Assembly: GCA_963749735.1 (NCBI GenBank)
Contig: CAVVNZ010000016.1
Span: 81,885-145,884, forward strand
DNA from: an uncultured Chloroflexia bacterium
GTDB lineage: Bacteria > Chloroflexota > Limnocylindria > Limnocylindrales > CSP1-4
Direction: 5' to 3'
Length of the DNA: 64,000 nt
Made by a program: the position numbers and the translations under genes. Below the pieces are notes generated by a model. The model did no database searches, was not told the origin of the DNA, and was given only the letters and a program-made list of their open reading frames with translations. Each line of letters opens with the position of its first letter. Positions within the stretch are counted from its first letter, which is position 1. This document shows positions 18,725-28,320 of this stretch, piece after piece.

Positions 18725-19420
18725 CTACGACATCTTGGCGGGACGGCCATCCGGGCCGTCGGTCGGACGGGCGCGCGGCGTCCGTACCTTTCTCTTCGTC
18801 GGAACGAGGTCATTCGGATCGCTGCCGGTGTCATTGACCCGCAGGACGGTCGAGCCGCCCGGTCCGTAGCGGACGATGCTCAACGACGCCGGGCCCACGG
18901 AGAGCCGTTCGATGCCGTCGAAGCCCAGCCCGAGGGCGTCGGCGAGGATCGCCCGGATCGGGTCGGCATGACTCACCACGGCATAGGTCGCCTCGGGTCC
19001 GAGCCGCTCGTTCCAGTCGCGGACCGCGGCGACCGACCGGGCGCCCATCTCATGGAGGGCCTCGCCGTTGGGGAAGCGGAACGAAGCGGGGTCCGCATGG
19101 AGCGTCTTCCAGGCGCGCTCGCGCTGGAGGTCCTTGAACGGGCGGCCCGTCCAGTCGCCGTAGCGGACGTCGGCGAGTCGCTCGTCGAGCTCGAACGGCG
19201 GGGGCGGTTCACGTCCCGCGAAGATGATGGAGGCCGTCTCGCGGCAACGGTCGAGATGCGAGCTGACGATGGCCGCGAGCGGGACCCCTCGGATCCGAGC
19301 GGCCGCGGCTGCCGCCTGGGCGCGACCCTCGTCGTCGAGCGGGACGGCCGGTGTCCAGCCGACCAGCGTCGATCTGGTGAGCGCGGTCAGTCCGTGACGG
19401 ATGAGCAGGACGGTGGGCAC
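18725..19420 (-). CDS. Histidine-phosphatase-family protein (MSMEG_4193-type putative phosphomutase)
   Basis: The GTG start at 19420 gives VPTVLLIRHGLT (RHG catalytic motif). It also has VSSHLDRCRETA and VVSHADPIRA. Confidence 0.8.
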   Translation of the reverse strand: MPTVLLIRHGLTALTRSTLVGWTPAVPLDDEGRAQAAAAAARIRGVPLAAIVSSHLDRCRETASIIFAGREPPPPFELDERLADVRYGDWTGRPFKDLQRERAWKTLHADPASFRFPNGEALHEMGARSVAAVRDWNERLGPEATYAVVSHADPIRAILADALGLGFDGIERLSVGPASLSIVRYGPGGSTVLRVNDTGSDPNDLVPTKRKVRTPRARPTDGPDGRPAKMS

Positions 19421-19469
19421 GGGATGGCAATGATAGGTCGCGACGAGCCGTCGGGAGTACCGTCGACGG

Positions 19470-20108
19470 ATGGTCGTCCGGTCCGTCCATCCCGCACGAG
19501 CCGTCGCCGTCGGCGTCGCCGTGGTCGCAGTCGCGTCGCTCGCGTTGGCGGGTTGTGGGACGTCCCTCGGCCCGAGCGCCACGCCAGCCTCGATCCGACC
19601 GACGCCGGGATCGACCATGGCAACCACCCGACCGACCCCCGCGGCGCCCGCGTCGGAAGCGACGTTCCGGCCGACCGGGGAGACCGAGACCGCCAGGGTG
19701 GTCCGCGTGGTCGACGGCGACACGATCATCGTCCGGCTGGGCGGACGCGAGCAGCGCCTCCGGTACATCGGGATGGACACGCCGGAGACGAAGAAGCCGG
19801 ACACGCCCGTCCAGTGGATGGGACCCGAGGCGAGTCGGGCGAACGCGGAGCTCGTCGATGGGCAGACGGTGGTCCTCGAGAAGGACGTCTCCGAGACCGA
19901 CCGGTTCGGACGGCTGCTCCGCTACGTCTGGCTGGCCGACGGCGATCGCTGGACGCTCGTCGACCTCGAGCTCGTCCGACGCGGGTTCGCCCAGATCGAG
20001 ACGGATCCTCCCGACGTCAAGTACGCCGACCGGTTCGTCGCGGCCCAGCGCGCGGCCCGGGCGGCCGGCATCGGGCTCTGGGCCCCGCACCCATCGGGAG
20101 CGCCGTGA
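19470..20108 (+). CDS. Thermonuclease (SNase-like) lipoprotein
   Basis: The lipobox is SLALAGC. It has VVRVVDGDTIIVRL, RLRYIGMDTPE and RFGRLLRYVW. Confidence 0.85.
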   Translation: MVVRSVHPARAVAVGVAVVAVASLALAGCGTSLGPSATPASIRPTPGSTMATTRPTPAAPASEATFRPTGETETARVVRVVDGDTIIVRLGGREQRLRYIGMDTPETKKPDTPVQWMGPEASRANAELVDGQTVVLEKDVSETDRFGRLLRYVWLADGDRWTLVDLELVRRGFAQIETDPPDVKYADRFVAAQRAARAAGIGLWAPHPSGAP

Positions 20109-20160
20109 GCGCGGGACGACCGGGCGCGTTCAGCGACCGTTCGGCCGTATCATCCCCGGG

Positions 20161-20844
20161 ATGACGATCGAGACGTCCTGCCGGACGGCGCGACTGCTCC
20201 GGGCGGTCCGCCTGGCGATGCTCGGCCTCGTGTCGCTCGCGATCGCCCATGACGCGATCTTCGCCGCCCAGTACGGGTTCGGCGAAGCGTTCGCCCGGGC
20301 GATGCGGGACGGCGGTCATGACGGGTACTGGCCGGTCTTCTCGATGATCGCGGTGGTCGCGGCGACCGTTCTCGGGCTGCGGGCCGCCGTCCGCGTCGGT
20401 CGCGTCCGCGGGACGGACCGGTCGATCCGAGCCACCACGGTCCCAGGGGGCTCGCCCGACCGTGGCTATCGCCGCGAGCTCGTCGGCCTGTGGTCCCCCC
20501 TGTTCGTGCTCGTGAGCATCGCATTCGCGGTCCAGGAGAACGTCGAGCATCTCGCGGGGCACGGTCACGTCCTCGGGCTCGCGGCGCTGACGGGACCCGA
20601 ATACCCGCTCGCCCTGCCCGCCCTCGCGCTGGTGACCCTGGCCGCGGCAGCGGTCGGAGCGCTCGTCCGTTGGAGGATCGCCGTCCTTACCGCCCGGCTC
20701 GCCGGGCGCCCGCCCGCCGCTCGTCGACGCGATCTCACGCCGCGGCGACCCGCGCCGCGATGGACGGACGTCGCCGCGGTCCGCGCCCATGCCTGGTTCC
20801 TCGTCCGGCTCGACGCCGGACGAGCGCCGCCGCTCGCTGCCTGA
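20161..20844 (+). CDS. His-rich integral membrane protein (hypothetical)
   Basis: This is the 227-aa C-terminal part of the 429-aa track ORF, starting MTIETSCR. It has about four TM helices and the motifs GGHDGYW and ENVEHLAGHGH. It lies directly upstream of the copper genes. Confidence 0.6.
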   Translation: MTIETSCRTARLLRAVRLAMLGLVSLAIAHDAIFAAQYGFGEAFARAMRDGGHDGYWPVFSMIAVVAATVLGLRAAVRVGRVRGTDRSIRATTVPGGSPDRGYRRELVGLWSPLFVLVSIAFAVQENVEHLAGHGHVLGLAALTGPEYPLALPALALVTLAAAAVGALVRWRIAVLTARLAGRPPAARRRDLTPRRPAPRWTDVAAVRAHAWFLVRLDAGRAPPLAA

Positions 20845-20941
20845 CCGCATCACCGACCGCACCCGGCCCGAGGTCTCGTTCGGGTGCCGTCGTGTCCCGT
20901 GCGCCCGACAACGGGCCGCACCGATCAGGAGTGACATCCCG

Positions 20942-21563
20942 ATGCACCTGTCCATCGACGCGAACCGGACGACCGTCCGGCGACTCGGCAGCGCCGGCCT
21001 GGCCGCGCGTGCTGCTGGCGACCCTTGCCGGCCAAGCCCTGGCGCACGAGGAACGCGACGTCGCCGGCTACTCGTTCGAGGTCGGGCTCATCGCCGAGCC
21101 GGTCTTCGTCGGCGACCGGAGCGGGCTCGAGTTCCACGTGACCAAGGACGACAAGCCCATCTCGGGTCTCGATCAGACGGTCAAGGCCCAGGTGACCTAC
21201 GGCACGCAGACGCGTGACCTCCCGCTCGTCGAGCGCGAGGAGGACCCGGGCTGGTACGAGTCGGTCTTCATCCCGACCGCGGCCGGCAAATACACCTTCC
21301 ACCTGACCGGCACGATCGAGGGCGCCGCCATCGACGAGTCGTTCACCTCGAGCCCGACCGGGTTCAACGAGGTCCAGGAGGCGGCCTCCGGGGAGTTCCC
21401 GGCGACGCTTCCGACGATCGCCGAGCTCCAGGCGCAGGCCCAGAAGGGCGCGGATGCCGCCAGCCAGACGACCATCGCGCTGGCGGTGGGCGGGATCGGA
21501 CTCCTGGTCGGGCTCCTTGCGCTCGGGGTCGCCGTCGCGAACCGCCGGCGACCGACGGCGTAG
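20942..21563 (+). pseudogene. Secreted, C-terminally anchored protein of unknown function; frame break inside the signal peptide
   Basis: The ATG at 20942 has AGGAG 10 nt upstream and gives MHLSIDANRTTVRRLGSAGLAA. The body (VLLATLAGQALA/HEERDVAGYSFEVG ... C-terminal TM ... NRRRP) is in the next frame. The span is 622 nt, which is 1 mod 3. Confidence 0.5.
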
Positions 21564-21577
21564 CGGGCGCGAGTCCC

Positions 21578-23543
21578 ATGTCACGATCGTCGGCCGCGAC
21601 CCGGGCGCTCCTCGCGCTCGGGGTGGCCGCGGTCGTCCTGCTCGCCCGGCCGGCGTTGTCCGGGCCGGCGTTCCCGGCCGGGAACGGCGCGGTCGTCCTC
21701 GGCCACTCCCAGCTCGTGTCGAGCTCGCCCGGCGCCGGCGAGTCCGTCCCGACCGCGCCGACCGAGATCCGGCTCGTCTTCAGCGAGCCGATCGACCCGC
21801 GATACACCTCGCTCGACCTGCTCGACGGGACCGGCCGGACGCTGCTGGCGGCCGTCGGATCCGTCGACCCGACCGATCCCCGGTCGCTGGTCGCTCCGAT
21901 CCCGACCGGCACGACCCTCGCGTCCGATCAGATCTTCACGGTCGACTGGCGGGCCCTGTCGGCGGCGGACGGCCACACCACCGAGGGGTTCCTGACCTTC
22001 GGCGTGGGCGACGTGACCGCCCTCCAGCACGGCCACGGATCCGCGGCCGCCGATGCGACGACCGGGGACCTCCATGCCGGCCACGACTCGGGGACGGCGG
22101 CCGCGGAGATCCAGGGCAAGGTCCTGGCCTACGGCGGATCGATGCTGGCGTTCGGGCTGGCGATCCTCGCCTGGCTCGTCCTCCGGCCCGCGCTCGGCGG
22201 GATCCCGCGCGGCGCGGCCTACGGTGCGGGGATCGCGCTCATCGCGGGGGCCGCGGGCTGCTTGCTCCTGCTGCGTCGTCGGGGCGGGCTCCGCTCCCGC
22301 GCCTGCCGCGGCCGGCGCCACCGCGACCACCGGTCCGGATGTCGCCGGGTTCGCGACGGGCAGCCGCATCGGCCAGCTCCTGACGGCGCGCCTGCTCGTC
22401 GGCCTCGTCGCGGGTCTCGTCGTGCTGGGGCTCGCCCGGGTCGGCTGGCGGCGACTCGGACCGCTCCCGATCCTGGGGATCGCCGGCGTCGCCGGCGTCA
22501 TCGGTCTGGTCCTGACCGCGCTCGGGGGTCACGCCGCCGCCTACACGTCGCCCGTGCCCGTCGCGATGGACATCGGCCACATGGCCGCCGGCAGCGTCTG
22601 GTTGAGCGGGCTGGTCCTGCTCGCGGCGTTGACCGACTTCGGTGGCCAGAGCCGGCTCGCACCCGGTGCGCTCGGGTTGGTCGTCCCGCGCTTCTCCGCG
22701 CTGGCGCTCGTCTCGGTCGCGGTCATCGCGTTGACCGGGATCTACGCGGACTGGGTGCAGACGGGGGATCCGCTGGCCTTCACCTCGGCCTACGAGATCG
22801 ACCTGCTGGCGAAGATCCTGGTGTTCGTGGCCGCGCTCGGCGTCGGGCTCGTGAACTACCTCGACGGCGGACGGGGCGTCGGCGGCCGGCTCGGCCTGTC
22901 GCGACGACTGCTGGTCGAGCTCATCCTGGGCGTGGCCGTCCTCGCGATCACCGCGAACCTGACCAGCGGGTCACCCGCCGGCCAGGACCGCCCGGTCGCG
23001 ATCGCGCCGGCACCGAGCTCGGTCGTCTCCGCCCAGCCGGTGTCCCTCGACCTCCTGCCCGCCCGACCCGGCCCGAACCGGGTCGGAGCGGGACTGACCC
23101 GGCCGCCGATCGAGGGGACGGTCGTCGAGCTCATCCTCCAGCGGCTCGACGCCGACCAGGGCACGTCGCGGATCACGATGCAGCCCGACTTCAGCGGTCC
23201 GACGCCACGTTTCGTGACTGACACGACGTTCCCGCCGGGCAGCCGCTGGGACGCCACGGTGACGGCGACCGAACCCTCCGGGTTGGAGGTCGCTCGACAG
23301 CGGTTCGTGTTCGCCTACGATCAGACCGGCCTGATCGAGGGTCGACTCGCACCGCCGCTCGACCCGTTCGCGGTCCTGGCCCTGTGTCTGCTGGCGCTGG
23401 GTGTCCTGGCGGTCTCGTTCGCCGCCGCCGGCGGAGTCCTGCCGCGCACGCTCCCGGACGCGAGCCGGCCCGCGCTCATCGGGGCCGGTCTGACGGGGAT
23501 CGTCCTCGGGTGCGCCGCGCTCATCCTGGGGACACCCCGATGA
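21578..23543 (+). pseudogene. CopC-CopD fusion (YcnJ-like copper transporter), frame-disrupted near 22275
   Basis: The CopC domain (GHSQLVSSSPGAGESV...TVDWRALSAADGHTTEG) and first TM helices are in the 21578 frame. The CopD TM core (GHAAAYTSP...HMAAGSVWLSGLVLL...FSALALVSVAVIALTGIY) is in the 22053 frame. Each frame turns Arg-rich outside its part. The span is 1966 nt, which is 1 mod 3. Confidence 0.7.
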
Positions 23544-24271
23544 TCGTTCGGGGACTGCTCCTGTCCGCGTCGCCGGTGGTCGCCGGTGGTGGCGGCGTCA
23601 CCGTCGGACTCGTCGTCGGGATCCAGCTGTTCATCGCCGCCGGCGTCCTCGGTGGCTTCGCCTGGTACGTCCGCGATCGTCGTCCCGGCTGGAACCGGGT
23701 CGCCCGATCCGGGGCGGTGCTGACCGGGCTTGCGGGCGGCGTGCTGCTCGTTGCGGCGCTCCTCGGGCCCGGCAGCCCGGGTGACGTCGCGCTGGTGAAC
23801 CCCGTCCCGTTGACCGTGACGTCGGTCGACGCCGGCCAGACGCTGTACGAGGCGAACTGCGCCCGCTGCCACGGCGTCGATGCTCGTGGCGGCGGGGTCG
23901 ATGCCGGCACTACCCAGATCGCCCCGGCCAACCTGCGCAGCGGGCACCTGAACCTCCACTCGGACGCCGACATCTACACGTGGATCTCGTCCGGGCTGCC
24001 GGGTGGGATGCCGGCTTGGTCGGGCCAGCTGTCCGAGACCGATCGCTGGAACCTGGTGAACTTCCTCCGTTCGGTCAACGGTCGCGGCCCGACACCCGCC
24101 CCGAGCGCGAACGGCCCGCCGGCGATGGCCGGGATCGGGCTCGGCGGAGCGGTCGGTGCGGCCCTGGTCGGCTGGCTCGCCCTCGGGCTGGAGCGCCGGC
24201 GTCGACGCGGGAGTGGCCGTTCGACCCGCGCCTCGCCACGGACCGGAACCGGCGGTCAGACCCGGCGGTAG
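23540..24271 (+). CDS. Membrane-anchored class I cytochrome c
   Basis: The ATG at 23540 overlaps the CopD stop (ATGA). It has two N-terminal TM helices, the haem motif CARCHG, the distal-Met context GLPGGMPAW and a C-terminal TM helix. Confidence 0.8.
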   Translation: MIVRGLLLSASPVVAGGGGVTVGLVVGIQLFIAAGVLGGFAWYVRDRRPGWNRVARSGAVLTGLAGGVLLVAALLGPGSPGDVALVNPVPLTVTSVDAGQTLYEANCARCHGVDARGGGVDAGTTQIAPANLRSGHLNLHSDADIYTWISSGLPGGMPAWSGQLSETDRWNLVNFLRSVNGRGPTPAPSANGPPAMAGIGLGGAVGAALVGWLALGLERRRRRGSGRSTRASPRTGTGGQTRR

Positions 24272-25080
24272 GCCCGGACCGACAGGGGGATGAAGACCAC
24301 CAGGATCAGGCCGATCCAGAACAGCGGCGGGAGGATCGTGTCGAGCGTGGCGGTCCCGCTGAGCAGCGTGCGGCAGGCGTTGACGGTGACCGTCACCGGG
24401 TTGATCTCGGCGATCGGCTGGAGCCAGGTCGGGAACGTGGCGACCGGGACGAAGGCGCTCGACACGAAGGTCAGCGGGAAGATCCAGATGAAGCTGGCAG
24501 CCTGGACCGACTCGGGATCCTTGACCGACATCCCGATCAGCGCCGAGACCCAGCTGAACGCATAGCCGAACAGGACGACGATCACGAGCATCAGGAGGTA
24601 AGCCGGCAAGCCGCCGGACAGCGGCGCGAAGCCGACGAGCACGCCGACGACGGTCATCAGGATCACGACGAACAGGTTGCGGATCAGGTCGGCGAAGGTC
24701 CGTCCCGCGAGGACCGCCGAGCGGGCCATCGGGAGAGACCGGAACCGGTCGATCATCCCGCGTCCGAGGTCCTCGGCGAGGCCGACCCCCGTCGCCGTCG
24801 CCCCGAACACGGCGGTCTGGACGAAGATCCCGGGCATCAGGAAGTTGACGTAGTTGCCACCGGGGACGGACGCCGAGATCGCGCCGCCGAAGACGAACAC
24901 GAAGAGCAGCACGAACATCACCGGCTGGATCGTCGAGAAGACGAGCAGCTGCGGGATGCGGACGTACTGGAGCAGGTTCCGCTGGGTGACCGCGATCGCG
25001 TCGACGAACGTCCAGAACAGGGCCGGGTGCGTGTCCGTCGGGGTTCCGGCGGGCGGGATCGAGCGGGCGGAGGCGGTCAT
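24256..25080 (-). CDS. ABC-2-type transporter permease (DrrB-like)
   Basis: 274 aa from MTASARS at 25080. It has six TM helices and DRFRSLPMAR. An ATGA overlap links it to the upstream ATPase gene. Confidence 0.85.
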   Translation of the reverse strand: MTASARSIPPAGTPTDTHPALFWTFVDAIAVTQRNLLQYVRIPQLLVFSTIQPVMFVLLFVFVFGGAISASVPGGNYVNFLMPGIFVQTAVFGATATGVGLAEDLGRGMIDRFRSLPMARSAVLAGRTFADLIRNLFVVILMTVVGVLVGFAPLSGGLPAYLLMLVIVVLFGYAFSWVSALIGMSVKDPESVQAASFIWIFPLTFVSSAFVPVATFPTWLQPIAEINPVTVTVNACRTLLSGTATLDTILPPLFWIGLILVVFIPLSVRAYRRV

Positions 25081-26129
25081 GCCGGGGTCCCTCCTGGGCG
25101 TGGGCCGGATCGGTCGACCGGCCGGCCGGGTCGCCCGGTCGAGCCGGACGGCCCGTCGTCGTCGGTCGTGTCGGCTTCGGCGTGATGGCCGGTCAGGGTC
25201 AGGAAGACGTCGTCGAGCGTCGGTCGATGGAGGCTCAGCTCGCTGACCTCGATCCCGGCCGCATCGAGCCGTCGGACGGTCTCGGTCAGGATCGACGACC
25301 CGCCCTCGACTGGGACCCGGACGGAGTGCGTGTCGTGGTCGATGACCGGGTCCGCCGCGGCGAGGTCGCGCAACAGGTCGTAGACCGTCTGGAGGTCGCC
25401 ATGGCGATCCGCGATCTTGGTCAGCTTGAGCTCGACGACCTCGCCGCCGATCTGCTTCTTGAGCTCGTCCTGCGTCCCCTCGGCGATCACCTTGCCCAGG
25501 TCGATGACGGCGATCTTGTCGGCCAGCCGGTCGGCCTCCTCGAGGTACTGCGTGGTGAGCAGGATCGTCGTTCCGTCCGCGACGAGGCCGGCGATGACCT
25601 CCCACAGGGCGATCCGGCTGCGCGGGTCGAGGCCGGTGGTCGGCTCGTCGAGGAACAGCACGCGCGGATGCCCGACGAGGCTCGCTGCGAGGTCGAGCCG
25701 CCGCTTCATCCCGCCTGAGTATGTCCGCGCCGGCCGGTCGGCGGCGTCCGTCAGCTCGAACCGTTCGAGGAGGTCGGCGGCTCGCTCCCGGACCTCGGCC
25801 CGGGGGAGGTGGTACAGGCGACCGACCAGGCTGAGGTTCTCGCGTCCGGTCAGGTTCGCGTCGATCGCCGCGAACTGCCCGGTCAGGCCGATCACGTTCC
25901 GCAGCGCGCTCGGATCGCGGACCACGTCGAACCCCGCGACCGTCGCCCGACCGCCGTCCGGTGACAGCAGGGTCGTGAGGATGCGGACCGCGGTCGTCTT
26001 GCCGGCGCCGTTGGGACCCAGCAGGCCGAGGACGGTCCCTTCCTCGACCGCCAGGTCGATGCCGGCGAGGGCGTGGACGTCGCCGTACGACTTGGTCAGT
26101 CCGACGGCTTCGATCGCCAGGGGCGCCAT
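25077..26129 (-). CDS. ABC transporter ATP-binding protein (DrrA-like)
   Basis: 350 aa from MAPLAIEAVGL at 26129. It has GPNGAGKTT, YSGGMKRRLDLA and LFLDEPTTGLD. The rest of the 794-aa track ORF is noise. Confidence 0.9.
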   Translation of the reverse strand: MAPLAIEAVGLTKSYGDVHALAGIDLAVEEGTVLGLLGPNGAGKTTAVRILTTLLSPDGGRATVAGFDVVRDPSALRNVIGLTGQFAAIDANLTGRENLSLVGRLYHLPRAEVRERAADLLERFELTDAADRPARTYSGGMKRRLDLAASLVGHPRVLFLDEPTTGLDPRSRIALWEVIAGLVADGTTILLTTQYLEEADRLADKIAVIDLGKVIAEGTQDELKKQIGGEVVELKLTKIADRHGDLQTVYDLLRDLAAADPVIDHDTHSVRVPVEGGSSILTETVRRLDAAGIEVSELSLHRPTLDDVFLTLTGHHAEADTTDDDGPSGSTGRPGRPVDRSGPRPGGTPA

Positions 26130-26156
26130 GGGTCCTCCGGGTGACAAGGACGACGA

Positions 26157-28277
26157 ATGGTAATCGGTCCTGCGGCCGGCGGTCCCGGAGCGGGATCGAA
26201 GCCCGCCCGGCGGCGCTACGCTTCGCGGGTGATCGACCGGGCCTTCGCGCGACCCGACAGCGAGGCACCGTGGCGACCCTCGCCGACGGACCTCGCGGAC
26301 TCCCGCCTTGCGCGCTTCGTCCGCGGCGCCCTGCCCGGCGGATCGACCGACCACGGCCTCGAAGCGCTCCAGGCGCGGGCCGTCCGCGACCCCGCCTGGT
26401 TCTGGGCGGCGGCCGCCGACGACCTGGGCCTGGCGTGGCAGCGCCGGCCGATCTCGACGCTCGACCTGGCCGATGGGATCGCCCGGGCTCGCTGGTGGCG
26501 CGGGGGTGCGTTCAACCACGCGGTCGCCGCGGTCGAGCCGTGGGCGGCCGACCGACCCGATGATGTGGCGCTCGACTGGGAGGGCGAGGACGGCGCGGTC
26601 CGGAGATCGACGTGGGCCGAGCTCGACCGCGAGGTCCGGCTGGCTGCCCGCCGCCTTGCCGGACTGGGGGTCGGTCCGGGATCCCGCGTCGGGATCCTGC
26701 TGCCGATGCTGCCCGAGACCGCGATCGCCGTGCTGGCGCTCGGCCGCCTGCGGGCGATCTTCACCCCGATCTTCAGCGGGTATGCGGCACCGGCCATCGC
26801 CGCGCGTCTCGACGCGTTCGCCGCCACCCACCTGATCACCGCCGACGGCTTCTATCGCCGTGGCGCGATCGTGCCGCTCAAGGTCGTCGCGGACGAGGCG
26901 GTGGCCCTCGCCCCGACGGTCACGACGGTCGTCGTCGTCCGCCGGCTCGGCGCCGACGTGGCGGACGTGGCGATGACGGCCGGACGCGATGTCGACTGGG
27001 ATGACCCGATCGTGCCCGACCGGGCCGGCGCGGCCGGCGCCGCCGACGTCTCCGACGAGGTCCGCTCGGCCGGTGCGGCGGACCGCGTCCCGGACACCGA
27101 CCCCGAGGCGCCGTACATGGTCATCTACACGTCGGGGACCACCGGCCAGCCGAAGGGGACGGTCCACGTCCATGGGGGATTCCCGATCAAGGCCGCCCAG
27201 GATCTCGCCCACACCTTCGATCTGCGGGCCGGCGATGCCCTGTGCTGGTTCACCGACCTCGGCTGGATGATGGGCCCGTGGGCGATCAGCGGGGCGCTGC
27301 TCCTCGGCGCCCGCCTCGTGATGTACGAGGGCGCGCCCGACTGGCCGGACCCGGGTCGGTTGTGGGCGCTGGTCGCCCGTCACCGGATCACCCATTTCGG
27401 GGTCAGCCCGACCCTGGTCCGAGCCCTCCGCGTCCACGGCGACGGACCCGTCCTGGACCACGATCTGGGTTCGTTACGAGTCCTCGGCTCGACCGGCGAA
27501 CCGTGGAACCCGGACCCGTGGGGCTGGGCGTTCGACGTCGTCGGCGGCGGCCGGCTGCCGATCGTCAACTACTCGGGCGGCACCGAGATCGGCGGCGGGA
27601 TCGTCGGGTGCTCGCTCCTCCGCCCCATCCGGCCGACCAGCTTCAACGGGCCGTGCCCGGGTCTTGCCGCCGACATCGTCGACCCGGCCGGCCGGCCGGT
27701 CCGCGGGACGGTCGGCGAGCTGGCGATCCGCTCGCCCTGGCCGGGGATGACCCGGGGCTTCTGGTCCGAGCCGGACGACGAGCGCTACCTCGAGACGTAC
27801 TGGCGACGCATCCCCGGCCTGTGGATCCACGGCGACTGGGCGACCACCGACGCCGACGGCTACTGGTACATCCACGGCCGGTCGGACGACACGCTCAAGG
27901 TCGCCGGAAAGCGGGTCGGGCCGGCCGAGGTCGAGGCGTGCGCCGTCGGCCATCCAGCGGTGGCCGCCGCCGCGGCGATCGGGGTGCCGGACGAGCTGAA
28001 GGGGGAGGCGATCGTCGTCCTGTGCGTCCCCCGGCCCGGGGTCGCCTGGGATGCCGACCTCGCCGCGGAGGTGTCCGCCCTGGTCGTCCGCGACCTCGGG
28101 AAACCCGTCCGGCCGAAGGCGGTGGTCGCCGTCCCCGACCTGCCCCGGACACGGAGTGGCAAGGTCATGCGCCGCGTGGCGCGGGCGGCCTGGCTCGGGC
28201 TCGATCCGGGCGACACGTCCGCCCTGGAGAACCCGGCGGTGATCGAGGCGATCAGACGGCCAGGGGGGCCGCGCTGA
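26157..28277 (+). CDS. AMP-dependent acyl/acetyl-CoA synthetase family protein
   Basis: It has YTSGTTGQPKG, GDWATTDADGYWYIHGRSDD and TRSGKVMRR. The true start may be downstream, for example the GTG at 26229. Confidence 0.85.
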   Translation: MVIGPAAGGPGAGSKPARRRYASRVIDRAFARPDSEAPWRPSPTDLADSRLARFVRGALPGGSTDHGLEALQARAVRDPAWFWAAAADDLGLAWQRRPISTLDLADGIARARWWRGGAFNHAVAAVEPWAADRPDDVALDWEGEDGAVRRSTWAELDREVRLAARRLAGLGVGPGSRVGILLPMLPETAIAVLALGRLRAIFTPIFSGYAAPAIAARLDAFAATHLITADGFYRRGAIVPLKVVADEAVALAPTVTTVVVVRRLGADVADVAMTAGRDVDWDDPIVPDRAGAAGAADVSDEVRSAGAADRVPDTDPEAPYMVIYTSGTTGQPKGTVHVHGGFPIKAAQDLAHTFDLRAGDALCWFTDLGWMMGPWAISGALLLGARLVMYEGAPDWPDPGRLWALVARHRITHFGVSPTLVRALRVHGDGPVLDHDLGSLRVLGSTGEPWNPDPWGWAFDVVGGGRLPIVNYSGGTEIGGGIVGCSLLRPIRPTSFNGPCPGLAADIVDPAGRPVRGTVGELAIRSPWPGMTRGFWSEPDDERYLETYWRRIPGLWIHGDWATTDADGYWYIHGRSDDTLKVAGKRVGPAEVEACAVGHPAVAAAAAIGVPDELKGEAIVVLCVPRPGVAWDADLAAEVSALVVRDLGKPVRPKAVVAVPDLPRTRSGKVMRRVARAAWLGLDPGDTSALENPAVIEAIRRPGGPR

Positions 28278-28320
28278 GCGTCCCGCGGCGTGCGTACCCG
28301 GCGGGGAGTACCAACAGGCG

